A DNA stretch of 64,000 nt from an uncultured Acidobacteriota bacterium. GTDB taxonomy: Bacteria > Acidobacteriota > UBA6911 > RPQK01 > JAPXNP01. Positions 28,663 through 38,360 of the stretch are shown here, one piece after another. A program made the translations under genes and the position numbers. Location: positions 96,001 through 160,000 of the forward strand of contig CAVZRV010000007.1 in assembly GCA_963777605.1 (NCBI GenBank), in the 5' to 3' direction. Every line of letters starts with the position of its first letter. Position 1 is the first letter of the stretch. Under the pieces are notes generated by a model that did no database searches, was not told the origin of the DNA, and saw only the letters and a program-made list of their open reading frames with translations.

Positions 28663-30960
28663 TCAGAACTGGAAGAGATAGGAGAACTTGACGAAGAACT
28701 GGCGGGCGTCGCGGAGAAAATCGTCCGACGTCACGATCCCGTTCCCATACCCGAGAGGAATCAGTGCGACATTCCTCAGATTGCTGTTGTAGCCGACATA
28801 GAGTGCCGTCCAGGGATTGAGCAGGTAAGTGAAGAGAAAATCCGCGTTGAAGTTCTTCCGCGTGTCCAGCCGGGTAGCTGAGGGATTGGCCAGCACGGTG
28901 TCGTATTGGAGGATTACACGCAGGGCAAGTTCCCGGTTGAACTGCCAGTTCCACTTTGAACGGAAGATGTGGTTGTTGAAGATACTCGCGCCGGTCTCCC
29001 GGTTCACCAACCGGGAAAGGATGTACGTGTTGTCGTTCCGAAGATGAATATTGGGTCTCAGGGTCACCAGAAAATCGACCTCGGTCGCATTGGCCGACTC
29101 CGGACTCGAGCCGACGACCGGTACCAGGTTGATCTCCCTGCCGAAGGCGTACGCAGCCTGGACATTCACAGACGAAAAATACTGGGAGCTGAATCTAAAT
29201 TCAGTCTTTTCACGGGAGTAGTCGCGACTCTCGGTCAGCCCGCCATAATCTTCCGGCCGCAAGCGCTCTCTTCCGGGCGTCCACGCCGCCGAAAAAGTGT
29301 TCTGCTGGTTGAACTCCCAGTGCATACTCGTCTCGACTTCCCAGTCCAGACGCGTCCCGCTATGGTCCCAGATCGCTCGACTCTCCACCGTCGGCCCCCA
29401 GGCGATCAGCGAGCCGGTCTTCGGACGAAATCGATAGCTGGTCTCGTTGTCGATGCTCCGAATATCGGTCCGCCTGACGAATCCCGCCTCGGTCAAGAAA
29501 CCCGGGCTGAAATCCGTGTACTCCGTATTCTGGGTAAATTGCCGGCCTTCCCGGCGGAGACCGGCAAAGTAGGCCGGACCGGCCAGCGTGTCTCCGTCCA
29601 GGCGCCGACTTGAACTGGTTGCCGCCTGAAGCGTGCCAACCCAGTTGGGGTTCAACTTGAACCGGGTGTCGATCGCGCCGACCCGGTTAAAACTGCCTTC
29701 ATGCTCCCGATCGGTGTAGAGAATCCCCACGGTCGCCTCTCGGAACAGGTCTCGGTTGACCCGGATTACACCGAACTTGGCCCGGGTTCCGCTGATCGGA
29801 TCATCAGGCAGGGCCGCTTTCCCCGGAGCCTGGTCATCAGCGACCAAAGTGCCTACGGCATAGGGTCCCTGCTTACCCGTCAATCGAATCCCAAACTGGG
29901 GATCGGCAATGCGCCGACTGAAGAACAGGTTGATCGGGGTCTCGAAGAAATCCGCGTTTTCGAGAAAGAACGGCCGTTTCTCGGGAAAGAACACCTCAAA
30001 CCGCTGGTTCACCGTAATCTGAGGCTCATCCGATTCGACCTGGCTGAAGTCGGGATTGACCGCCATATCCAATGCAAAGCGGTTCTTGATCACATATTTG
30101 GCATCCAGCCCGGCATCCGGTTCAGCCGCCTCGCTTGCGAATTCAACCTGCTCCGGATCCCGGGTGTCCAGCGCACGGTAGGAGCGAAGGAAGCCGTATG
30201 GGATCAACTGGATACTTCGGCCTGGCGCGATGTCCTCGATCCCCAACAGGGTCGCCCCTTGATTCAGCCGTCCATCGATCTGGGTAGTGACCCACGGCCA
30301 CGTCGACGATTCATTGTTGCGCGGAATCCAACGAATCATCACGATACCCCATTCCTGCTTTTCAGCGGCCGGCAAGCGAAGGCTCTTGAGCGGAACTTGC
30401 ATCCAGACGACGTAACCCCGGTCGGTGATCCTTCCGTTCGAATGCCAGAGTGCGTCGAAGGCAGAATCGAAGTTTCCTCCCGTCCGCCCCTCCGTCCAGC
30501 GACCGTCCATCTGGACGCCCAGGGCGTTGCACGTAAACACGTAAGCCCGTCGCTCGTCGTGGAAAGTGTCGAGGAAAAGATCGACCTTGTCGTCACCCCG
30601 GAAATTTTCACGGGGAGTCATCCGGGCTCTGATCAGGTTGGGGTCATCGTCGAAGTTTACGAATATCGCGTAGAAGTTCTGATCGTCATAACCCAGGTAG
30701 GTCTCGGTGCGCTGGCTGACCGGGTCTCCATCCCGGGGCAATCTCTGAGTGAACCCGGTCACCTTGAGGAGTTTTCCCTCCATCTCCGGACTCGGCTTCA
30801 TGTCGAGGAAATCCTCCAGCTTCGGAGGTCGGTCTACCTTGGGAATGGTGATGGTCGGACGAACCGGCGGTCCCGGATCCTGACCGAACAGCGGCGTCGA
30901 AAGGCTCAACAGCAACAGGCTCAAGAACCAAGTCAGTCGTTTCGCTCGCACCCTGTCCAA
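28663..30960 (-). CDS. DUF5916 outer-membrane-like protein with N-terminal CBM9-like domain
   Basis: LDTFHDERRAYVF, NPDFSQVESD, RFEVFFPEKRPFFLE, FFSRRI, C-terminal KFSYLFQF; start approximate. Confidence 0.85.
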   Translation of the reverse strand: MDRVRAKRLTWFLSLLLLSLSTPLFGQDPGPPVRPTITIPKVDRPPKLEDFLDMKPSPEMEGKLLKVTGFTQRLPRDGDPVSQRTETYLGYDDQNFYAIFVNFDDDPNLIRARMTPRENFRGDDKVDLFLDTFHDERRAYVFTCNALGVQMDGRWTEGRTGGNFDSAFDALWHSNGRITDRGYVVWMQVPLKSLRLPAAEKQEWGIVMIRWIPRNNESSTWPWVTTQIDGRLNQGATLLGIEDIAPGRSIQLIPYGFLRSYRALDTRDPEQVEFASEAAEPDAGLDAKYVIKNRFALDMAVNPDFSQVESDEPQITVNQRFEVFFPEKRPFFLENADFFETPINLFFSRRIADPQFGIRLTGKQGPYAVGTLVADDQAPGKAALPDDPISGTRAKFGVIRVNRDLFREATVGILYTDREHEGSFNRVGAIDTRFKLNPNWVGTLQAATSSSRRLDGDTLAGPAYFAGLRREGRQFTQNTEYTDFSPGFLTEAGFVRRTDIRSIDNETSYRFRPKTGSLIAWGPTVESRAIWDHSGTRLDWEVETSMHWEFNQQNTFSAAWTPGRERLRPEDYGGLTESRDYSREKTEFRFSSQYFSSVNVQAAYAFGREINLVPVVGSSPESANATEVDFLVTLRPNIHLRNDNTYILSRLVNRETGASIFNNHIFRSKWNWQFNRELALRVILQYDTVLANPSATRLDTRKNFNADFLFTYLLNPWTALYVGYNSNLRNVALIPLGYGNGIVTSDDFLRDARQFFVKFSYLFQF

Positions 30961-31034
30961 AACACCGCCTTTTCTACCGCAAGGAGAATAGCCGATTTCC
31001 ACGCCCTCCAGCAAACATTGCAGCAACCACATAT

Positions 31035-33137
31035 TCAGCGCGTGATCACTCCCAGCTCCGCGACGCTGATACCGCCTTCAGAACCCGCATTGTCCAGGCC
31101 GGTCAACCGAAGCCATCTGGCCTCGACCGGCCTTCGAAAACGGACCTTCTGCAAGACCGGATTGTTGGAAATATTGCTGAATTCCCCGGTGCGAACGATC
31201 GCCGTCCACGTTCGACCGTCGCGACTGGCCGCTACCCGGTAGTGGCTGATGCTGGACTGACTGCGCCCATCCTGTCGAGGCAGATACGTGAAGCCTTTGA
31301 GAGAGAGCGTTTCACCAAGATCGATGGTCACATCACAGGGAAGTTTGCCGCTCTCTCGATCCGACGCCCAAAAGGAATCCGGACTACCGTCAATCGCGTT
31401 GATCGCCGGGTTCCATTTGCCGCTCCCGCAACTGGTCTCGATGCTCCACCTCGCTTTTGGAACATCGAATTCAGCGGTGACGGTCTCTGACTCCACGGAA
31501 TCGTCCTGGACAAAGGCCTTCGCCCTGATTTCGCCAGGCTGGGCGAAGACAAACGGCTCCGTGAAACGGGTCGATTCGGCCGTGGGCTCCGACCCGTCAA
31601 CCGTGTACCGATAGACCGGGTCCGGCGAATCCGAAAAGATCTTGACGAGCCCTTCCTTGTCCCGGACGATTCTTGGCCTTCCGATCATTTCCGGCACCTG
31701 ATAGACCTCGACATTGGAAATCAAAAGGCACGCTTTGGCGCGGATATTAATCCGGAGAGCGTCGGTCGAAGTCTTCGGGAATTTGACGATTCGCCGGTTG
31801 CCCACAGTGGTTCCCTCTGCGACCTGCCTGAAACCATCCCCACTCCGCGCCTCAACCGAAAACGACTTTACCCGCTGCCCGAGGGCGATGTACTCCTGAA
31901 TCAAGATGGCATTGACCTCGGTAGCAGCTGGAAAGTTGATCTCCAGTGAAGCATTCCGGACTTCGGAATCGGTCGCCCAGTAGGATTCCGGATCGTTGTC
32001 GATGGCATTGCCGGCTGCGAACTTGTCCGAGCCGGATCTCACGTTGGAAGCTCCCGCCTTGGCCGAATCCGAGTAATCGACCGAGAAGGCCTCATCGAGG
32101 TACCGCTTGAGGCCCTTCAGCGACTCGACATCATTTTCGTGGATCAGGCCCCTCTGGTCAGGGGGCAGGTTGAGAATGAAGTTGCCGTTCATGCCCACCG
32201 AGTGATACCAGATGTCGATCAACTGGTTGACGGACTTGACCCGTGCATCCTCACTCTTGTGGTAGAACCAGCCGGGCCGGATAGAGGTATTGACCTCAGC
32301 CGGGATCCAATCGGGACCGTCTTCCACGCCCGACTGCAGAATGCTGTTCAGCCCGCTGACGCCGGGAAAGAGCTTGGACGCGTCCATCGTGCACCAGTTC
32401 GTCTCGGCGGCGTAGCCTCGCTCATTGCCGATCCAGCGAATGTCGGGACCGGCATCGCTGAACATCACGGCCATGGGCTGGAGGTCGCGGACGATCTGCC
32501 TGGTGTTCACCCAGTCGTAGTAGGTGCGATTATCGATTCGACGGGTTTCGCGTGCACCACCGTAATAGCCGTCCCCACCGTTGGCCCCGTCAAACCAGAC
32601 CTCGAAGACCTCCCCGTAGTTGGTTAACAACTCTCTCAACTGGTTCCGGTAGTACTCGATGTACTCAGGGGTACCGTATGCCGCATTGTTGCGGTCCCAT
32701 GGTGACAGGTAAATGCCCAGCTTCAGGCCATACTCGTCACAGGCCTCTCGGAGCTCGCGGATGACATCCCCCTTCCCGTTTTTCCAGGGCGAGTTCTTGA
32801 CGGAATGCTCGGTGTACTGGGACGGCCAGAGGCAGAATCCATCGTGGTGCTTCGCCGTAATAACGATCCCTTCCATGCCGGCCTCTTTGACGATCCGGGC
32901 CCACTGCCGGCAATCCAACTGAGTCGGGTTGAATACCTCCGGAGACTCGTCCCCGTATCCCCATTCCTTGTCGGTAAACGTGTTCGGGGAAAAGTGGACG
33001 AAGGCGTAGTACTTCATATCGTGCCATCGCAACTGGCGTTCACTCGGAACAGCGCCAAAAGGCTCAGGCGGGGCCTGGCCCTGGCAGCCGGCCAGCGTGG
33101 CCGTCACTAGAATCAGAAGAGCAACTCTCCAGTACAT
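31035..33137 (-). CDS. Alpha-L-fucosidase GH29 lipoprotein with F5/8 (CBM32) and FN3-associated domains
   Basis: LAGC lipobox, AKHHDGFCLWPS, YLSPWDRN, WFDGA, SIRPGWFYH, FTYLPRQD. Confidence 0.93.
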   Translation of the reverse strand: MYWRVALLILVTATLAGCQGQAPPEPFGAVPSERQLRWHDMKYYAFVHFSPNTFTDKEWGYGDESPEVFNPTQLDCRQWARIVKEAGMEGIVITAKHHDGFCLWPSQYTEHSVKNSPWKNGKGDVIRELREACDEYGLKLGIYLSPWDRNNAAYGTPEYIEYYRNQLRELLTNYGEVFEVWFDGANGGDGYYGGARETRRIDNRTYYDWVNTRQIVRDLQPMAVMFSDAGPDIRWIGNERGYAAETNWCTMDASKLFPGVSGLNSILQSGVEDGPDWIPAEVNTSIRPGWFYHKSEDARVKSVNQLIDIWYHSVGMNGNFILNLPPDQRGLIHENDVESLKGLKRYLDEAFSVDYSDSAKAGASNVRSGSDKFAAGNAIDNDPESYWATDSEVRNASLEINFPAATEVNAILIQEYIALGQRVKSFSVEARSGDGFRQVAEGTTVGNRRIVKFPKTSTDALRINIRAKACLLISNVEVYQVPEMIGRPRIVRDKEGLVKIFSDSPDPVYRYTVDGSEPTAESTRFTEPFVFAQPGEIRAKAFVQDDSVESETVTAEFDVPKARWSIETSCGSGKWNPAINAIDGSPDSFWASDRESGKLPCDVTIDLGETLSLKGFTYLPRQDGRSQSSISHYRVAASRDGRTWTAIVRTGEFSNISNNPVLQKVRFRRPVEARWLRLTGLDNAGSEGGISVAELGVITR

Positions 33138-33359
33138 CTGCCAGTCTCCTGTCGTCAAGGGTCTATCTCGAAACTATCCATTCTAGAATCTGCCCCGAGC
33201 AAGAGCAAAAGGCAGAGGTTCGCGCGACCGAGTTACATTTTTGCTTTTGGATTAGATATTTGTGATCGGGTCGGACAATCGGAAGTGCACTGCGGGATCC
33301 GAGGGATTGCCGGCAGTGCGATTCGGTCTCAGCCCTGTTGTGCTAGATTGAATCCACGC

Positions 33360-34058
33360 ATGACCGACCAACCGATCAAGAAGCGACCGGAACGTTGGAA
33401 ATATATGACCGACCCCCTCCCCGACTGGGTATCGGGAACCATGGAGGAACGTTTTTCGGAGATCCACCAGCGGCGGTTCTGGGAAGCGGCGGAATCCATT
33501 TCAGGACCGGGATCCAGCCTGGAACAGACCCGGGCACTTATCGATCGCTTGCCCCACCTCTGGGCGGACCTTGGCGTGAAGACGATTCTCGACGTGCCCT
33601 GCGGGGACTTTAACTGGATGCAGGCGGTTGACCTGTCCGCCGTGTCATACACCGGTGCCGACATCGTCCCGGAGATAATCGCTCAGAACCAGGCGCGCTT
33701 CGGGAGTGACCGCATCCGATTCACCAACCTCGACATTACGCAGGACCCACTCCCAGAAAGCGACCTGGTGTTCTGCCGGGACGGCCTTGTGCACCTGAGC
33801 TTCCGGGACATCGACCGGGCGATCCTGAACTTGTCCCGGTCAGGATGCAGGCTGCTGCTGACAACTACCTTTCCAAGGCATTTCGAGAATCGTGACATCC
33901 AGACCGGCGACTGGCGCACTCTCAACCTGGAAATTCCGCCCTTCAGCTTTCCTCCCCCGCTCCACCTTCTGATCGAGGGGTGTCCAGAAGAAGGGTTCGA
34001 GGACAAGGCGATGGGGCTCTGGCGGATCGGTGACCTCCCTCGCCTGGCAATCCAGTAG
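33360..34058 (+). CDS. Class I SAM-dependent methyltransferase
   Basis: SISGPGSS, ILDVPCGDFNWM, GADIV, CRDGLVHL. Confidence 0.85.
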   Translation: MTDQPIKKRPERWKYMTDPLPDWVSGTMEERFSEIHQRRFWEAAESISGPGSSLEQTRALIDRLPHLWADLGVKTILDVPCGDFNWMQAVDLSAVSYTGADIVPEIIAQNQARFGSDRIRFTNLDITQDPLPESDLVFCRDGLVHLSFRDIDRAILNLSRSGCRLLLTTTFPRHFENRDIQTGDWRTLNLEIPPFSFPPPLHLLIEGCPEEGFEDKAMGLWRIGDLPRLAIQ

Positions 34059-34065
34059 CCCAGCA

Positions 34066-34602
34066 ATGGTAACTCCGGTGTGGAGAACTTGGCAAGTGGC
34101 CTGGAAAACAAGTTGGATCACACGCTCGAGCTTCGGTAAGCTCGGGCTCATCCTGTTCCTGTCGGTCCCGTTCATTTCCTGCAACGACACCGAGGAGGCT
34201 GCGATCAGAGAACCTTACCCGGTAATGGCTCCCTGCCCTGACTCGCCGAACTGCGTGGCGAGTGATGCGCCCGACAAGAGCCACTGGATCGAGCCGTTTC
34301 GGCTCGGGAACACCTCCCTGGAAACCGCCTGGAAGGCACTGCAGGAAGTAGTTGAAGCACGTCCCCGAACAACCATTGTAACGGCTTCCCATTCATACCT
34401 GCACGTCACGGAGTCGAGTCGGATCTTCGGCTTCGTGGACGATGTGGAATTCCAGTTGCGGCCTGCCGAGAGAATCATAGCGGTTCGATCCGCCTCCCGA
34501 GCCGGTTATTCCGATCTCGGAGTCAACCGTCGCCGCATCGAAGCCATCCGAAAGGCCCTGGAGGAAGAAGGAATCATCCTTCGGAATCACGCCACCGGGT
34601 AG
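34066..34602 (+). CDS. DUF1499 family protein
   Basis: CPDSPNCVAS, FGFVDDVEF, VRSASRAGYSDLGVNRRR. Confidence 0.9.
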   Translation: MVTPVWRTWQVAWKTSWITRSSFGKLGLILFLSVPFISCNDTEEAAIREPYPVMAPCPDSPNCVASDAPDKSHWIEPFRLGNTSLETAWKALQEVVEARPRTTIVTASHSYLHVTESSRIFGFVDDVEFQLRPAERIIAVRSASRAGYSDLGVNRRRIEAIRKALEEEGIILRNHATG

Positions 34603-34798
34603 CCGCAAGTCTCGTCCATAAATGCCCAAACCGAGGCAGCGCTCTTCTCCCACCGCGGCGTCAGAAATCAGGACTTTTGGGGTGCCCCAACCCGCCCTGT
34701 ACCTCCGAGCGACCCATCCGAGCGACCCGGAGCCAACTCCCGAAGTATGCTATACTGAGAAGGATTACTCCAATTTTATCAATAGTTTCGGAGCGCAC

Positions 34799-35692
34799 AT
34801 GCAACGAATTCGGGTCGCCTCTCTCCAGTACTTCATCCGCCCAGTGGAACGATTCGAGGACTTTGAGAACCAGGTCTCGGCACTTGTAGACACAGCTCGT
34901 GACTACAAATGTCGTCTAATTGTTTTCCCAGAGTATTTCACGGTTCAGCTTCTGACCCTCAACGACATCAGGCGACCAATTCTTCATCAAATTCCCACTC
35001 TGGCAAAACAGCTTCCACGTTACCTCGAGTTGATGTCGTCGCTGGCAAAGAAGCACGGGATCTACATCGTCGGGGGTTCAATCCCGGTCATCGATGAGGA
35101 ATCCCCCGAGAAGATCTACAATCAGAGCTACCTCTTTGCCCCGTCGGGGGCCTGGGACTATCAAGGCAAGCTGCACATGACCCGGTGGGAGTCTGAGGAG
35201 TGGAACATCACGCCGCGTGATTGCCTGAGGGTTTTCGAAACCGACATCGGGCGGATTGCCATCACCATCTGTTACGACGTCGAGTTCCCGGAGATTGCGC
35301 GAATCGCCGCCCGCGAAGGTGTTTACCTCCTCATCGTGCCGAGTTGCACCGACGAACGTCAAGGGTTTCTCCGAGTACGCTACTGTGCCCAGGCTCGTGC
35401 AATCGAGAACCAGCTCTATGTGATCCACTCCTGTACCGTCGGTTCACTCCCCATGGTACCCGCGGTTTCCCTGAACTACGGGCAGGCGTCCATTCTGACT
35501 CCGAGCGATTTCTCCTTTGCCCGGGACGGCATCCTGGCAGAAGGGGTTCCAAACCAGGAGAGCATGGTGATCGGCGAATTGAACCTGGACACTATCCAGG
35601 AATCGCGAACTGCCGGAACGGTCCTGCCGCTGCGAGACAGTCAAAGGAGCGCAGAAGTCGCTTCGAAGATGGAGATTATCGAGGTGTTATGA
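34799..35692 (+). CDS. Carbon-nitrogen hydrolase (nitrilase superfamily)
   Basis: Triad FPEY, QGKLH, ICYDVEFPE; RVRYCAQARAIENQ. Confidence 0.92.
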   Translation: MQRIRVASLQYFIRPVERFEDFENQVSALVDTARDYKCRLIVFPEYFTVQLLTLNDIRRPILHQIPTLAKQLPRYLELMSSLAKKHGIYIVGGSIPVIDEESPEKIYNQSYLFAPSGAWDYQGKLHMTRWESEEWNITPRDCLRVFETDIGRIAITICYDVEFPEIARIAAREGVYLLIVPSCTDERQGFLRVRYCAQARAIENQLYVIHSCTVGSLPMVPAVSLNYGQASILTPSDFSFARDGILAEGVPNQESMVIGELNLDTIQESRTAGTVLPLRDSQRSAEVASKMEIIEVL

Positions 35693-36381
35693 GTTTGACG
35701 GAAATCCAGGTAAGAAGAACGGAGAAAGGGGACTTTGAATCCATTATCGAGATCTGTCGCGAGGTTTATCCCGGAGCGGCCAGCTGGACCGAAGCTCAAC
35801 TGGCATCACATCTCGAGGTCTTTCCGGAAGGGCAACTGGTGGCGGTTGACGGCAACGACAACAGGGTCGTGGGGATGGCTGCGAGCTTGATTGTTGCCTG
35901 GGACGACTACGACTCCCTCGACTCCTGGCATGATTTCACCGATCGGGGAATGTTCACGAATCACGATGCCGAAGGGGGGCGCACGCTTTACGGAGCGGAA
36001 GTCATGGTGCATCCCGATTGCCAGGGGATGGGCGTTGGCTCGAAGCTCTACCAGGCTCGTCGCCGGCTCGTTGAGCAATTCAACCTGGGACGGATTCGTG
36101 CTGGCGCCCGACTGCGGGGCTATCACCGGTACGCAGCGGAGCTCAGTGCCGACAAGTACACGGAGAAGATCGTCGCGGGGGAGATCGGCGATCCGACCCT
36201 GTCGTTCCAGTTGCGCCACGGTTTTCGAGTCATCGCCGTGATTCCGGGCTACCTGAAGAATGACCCTGAGAGCCTGGGTTGGGCCGCACTGATCGAATGG
36301 CTGAACCCCGCAACCGCCGGGAGCAACCGCCAGGCCACACAGACAAAGCCGGATTTTCCTGACTCCTGGGCCGCTGCTTGA
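35689..36381 (+). CDS. GNAT N-acetyltransferase (YkwB/YhcX-like)
   Basis: FPEGQ, TLYGAEVMVHPDCQGMGVG, DPTLSFQL, YLKNDPES, IEWLNP; ATGA overlap with the hydrolase. Confidence 0.9.
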   Translation: MSLTEIQVRRTEKGDFESIIEICREVYPGAASWTEAQLASHLEVFPEGQLVAVDGNDNRVVGMAASLIVAWDDYDSLDSWHDFTDRGMFTNHDAEGGRTLYGAEVMVHPDCQGMGVGSKLYQARRRLVEQFNLGRIRAGARLRGYHRYAAELSADKYTEKIVAGEIGDPTLSFQLRHGFRVIAVIPGYLKNDPESLGWAALIEWLNPATAGSNRQATQTKPDFPDSWAAA

Positions 36382-36513
36382 AATGCATGCCGTGCCTGCA
36401 AACGCTGAGTCCCCGGACTCGAGGCCAGGGGACTCAGATTGCCGCCGCCGACAACATCCACGTCGTTATGTTCCGGGCCAGCCTCCTGTTCAGGTGAATT
36501 GCCCGGCAACCGG

Positions 36514-38163
36514 TTAATCGACGATGCCCCGGTCCTCGCTGATATTGACGATCTTGTTGATCGGCAACTGGGCCAGTTGCTGTTTCTCACCGGAAGGCCA
36601 GCTGATTTCGACCGAATCGATCTTCTGCAGCTTGCCGAGGCCGAAAGTCAGCCGCAACTGCGACTGACTGCAGTAGCTTCCGCCGGTCTTGACCATGGCG
36701 GTCTGAACGACGTCGCCCGATTTGATCCGAACGACTGCCCCCAGCCCGTCACGGTTGCTCTTGGAGCCTTCGAGGTGAAGGGTAACCCAGTTGTTCTGGT
36801 TCCCTCCGTCATTACGGAATAACTTGGCGGGACCTCCGCACGCGGTCATCAAGACGTCCAGGTCACCGTCGTTGTCGAAATCGCCATATGCGGCGCCACG
36901 GGCAACCCTGGGAGTTCCAAAGTCGTTCCCCAACTGCTGCGTCACGTCCGAAAACCGACGACCGTCCATGTTCTGGAACAACTGGGGAGGCTGGGCGTAA
37001 GTCACCTTCTTCTGGACCGCGTTGATGTCATTCTCGACATGTCCGTTGGCCGCGAGAATGTCCAGGAAACCATCCAGGTTGTAGTCGAAGAAAAAGCACC
37101 CGAAGGTCAGGTTGAGGAGACTGGCCGGCCCCACGCTCGAGGTTGGGCCATCGTCGATGAAGAACCCGTTGCGCTCGTTGTGGTAAAGGGTGATCATCTC
37201 GTTGGAGAAGTTGCCGATCACCACGCTCAAGTTACCTGAGCGGTCGTAGTCACCGGCGTCAATGCCCATTGCACCGCGGGCCACACCATCTTCACTGAAG
37301 GCAATTCCAGCCAGGACGCCCACCTCGTTGAAACCACCCTTGCCGGTGTTCTCCCACAGCTTGTTGGGCTGGGTATCATTGGCCATCATGATGTCCGGCC
37401 AGCCGTCGCCGTTGTAGTCAAAGACAAGAACACCAAGTCCCTTGTTGGTGTCGTCGTATATGCCGGCGGCTTTGGTCACGTCTTCGAACGTTCCGTTGCC
37501 CTTATTGCGGTAAAGGTGGGGGGACGCGCCCTTGTAAGACTGGGGTGTACAGTATGCCTTGGTTTCACCATCGAGGCTGCACCATATGTCGCTCTCGCGT
37601 GACCACTTCACGTAGTTGGCCACGAAAAGATCGAGATTCCCGTCACGGTCATAATCGAGGAAGGCCGCACTGGTTCCGTAGGAGTCGTCGCCGCCGAGGC
37701 CGGCCGCCTTGGTCACGTCCTTGAAGGTGCCGTTGCCCTGATTCTGGAACAGGCGGTCGGGGCCAAGGGCGGAAACAAAGAGGTCACAATCGCCATCGTT
37801 GTCGTAGTCCGCCGATGTGACGCCCATGCCGTAGAATTCAACGGCCAGGCCGGCAGCCTTGGTAACGTCGGTGAAAGTGCCGTTCTTGTTGTTACGGTAC
37901 AGGGCCGGCGTCGAACGCTGCTTCTTCCCGTCAGGCCAGTTCATCCCGTTGACCAGGTAGATGTCCAGCCACCCATCGTTGTTATAGTCCAGAAACGCCC
38001 CTCCGGCGCCCATGGTTTCCGGCAGGTATTTCTTGCCGAACGCACCGTTCGTGTGGACAAACGTTATTCCGGCAGCCGCCGTCACGTCAGTGAACTTGAC
38101 TTGGGCCATGACTGATCCGGCGAAAGTCCCGACGGTACAAAACAGAATTACAAGCTTCTTCAT
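36514..38163 (-). CDS. CRTAC1 family protein (FG-GAP repeats + ASPIC/UnbV), secreted
   Basis: FTDVT, LPETMG, repeated DYxNDGxxD, RGAAYGDFDNDGDLD, SNRDGLGA, FGLG, WPSG. Confidence 0.9.
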   Translation of the reverse strand: MKKLVILFCTVGTFAGSVMAQVKFTDVTAAAGITFVHTNGAFGKKYLPETMGAGGAFLDYNNDGWLDIYLVNGMNWPDGKKQRSTPALYRNNKNGTFTDVTKAAGLAVEFYGMGVTSADYDNDGDCDLFVSALGPDRLFQNQGNGTFKDVTKAAGLGGDDSYGTSAAFLDYDRDGNLDLFVANYVKWSRESDIWCSLDGETKAYCTPQSYKGASPHLYRNKGNGTFEDVTKAAGIYDDTNKGLGVLVFDYNGDGWPDIMMANDTQPNKLWENTGKGGFNEVGVLAGIAFSEDGVARGAMGIDAGDYDRSGNLSVVIGNFSNEMITLYHNERNGFFIDDGPTSSVGPASLLNLTFGCFFFDYNLDGFLDILAANGHVENDINAVQKKVTYAQPPQLFQNMDGRRFSDVTQQLGNDFGTPRVARGAAYGDFDNDGDLDVLMTACGGPAKLFRNDGGNQNNWVTLHLEGSKSNRDGLGAVVRIKSGDVVQTAMVKTGGSYCSQSQLRLTFGLGKLQKIDSVEISWPSGEKQQLAQLPINKIVNISEDRGIVD

Positions 38164-38360
38164 GACGCTCGTCCTACTCCCTCGAGCCGCTTCAGATTCG
38201 AGATGCGACATATTCTTTGCATTATCTCCATTCACATTCGTCACCAGACCCGGTCGCCCCTCGGACCGGCTCGCTTGCAACCCGGCTTGAATTGGGCCGC
38301 GCTGCGCAGAACCGATCCCGGGAGATTCCGGGTTTCGGGGGGATACCGCCTGAAACAGGC

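Noticed and set aside
29701-31242. Long antisense ORFs (also 38217..39818, 60556..62070, 49957..51219, 9258..10289)
   Set aside because: Shadow frames of well-supported genes, expected in GC-rich DNA
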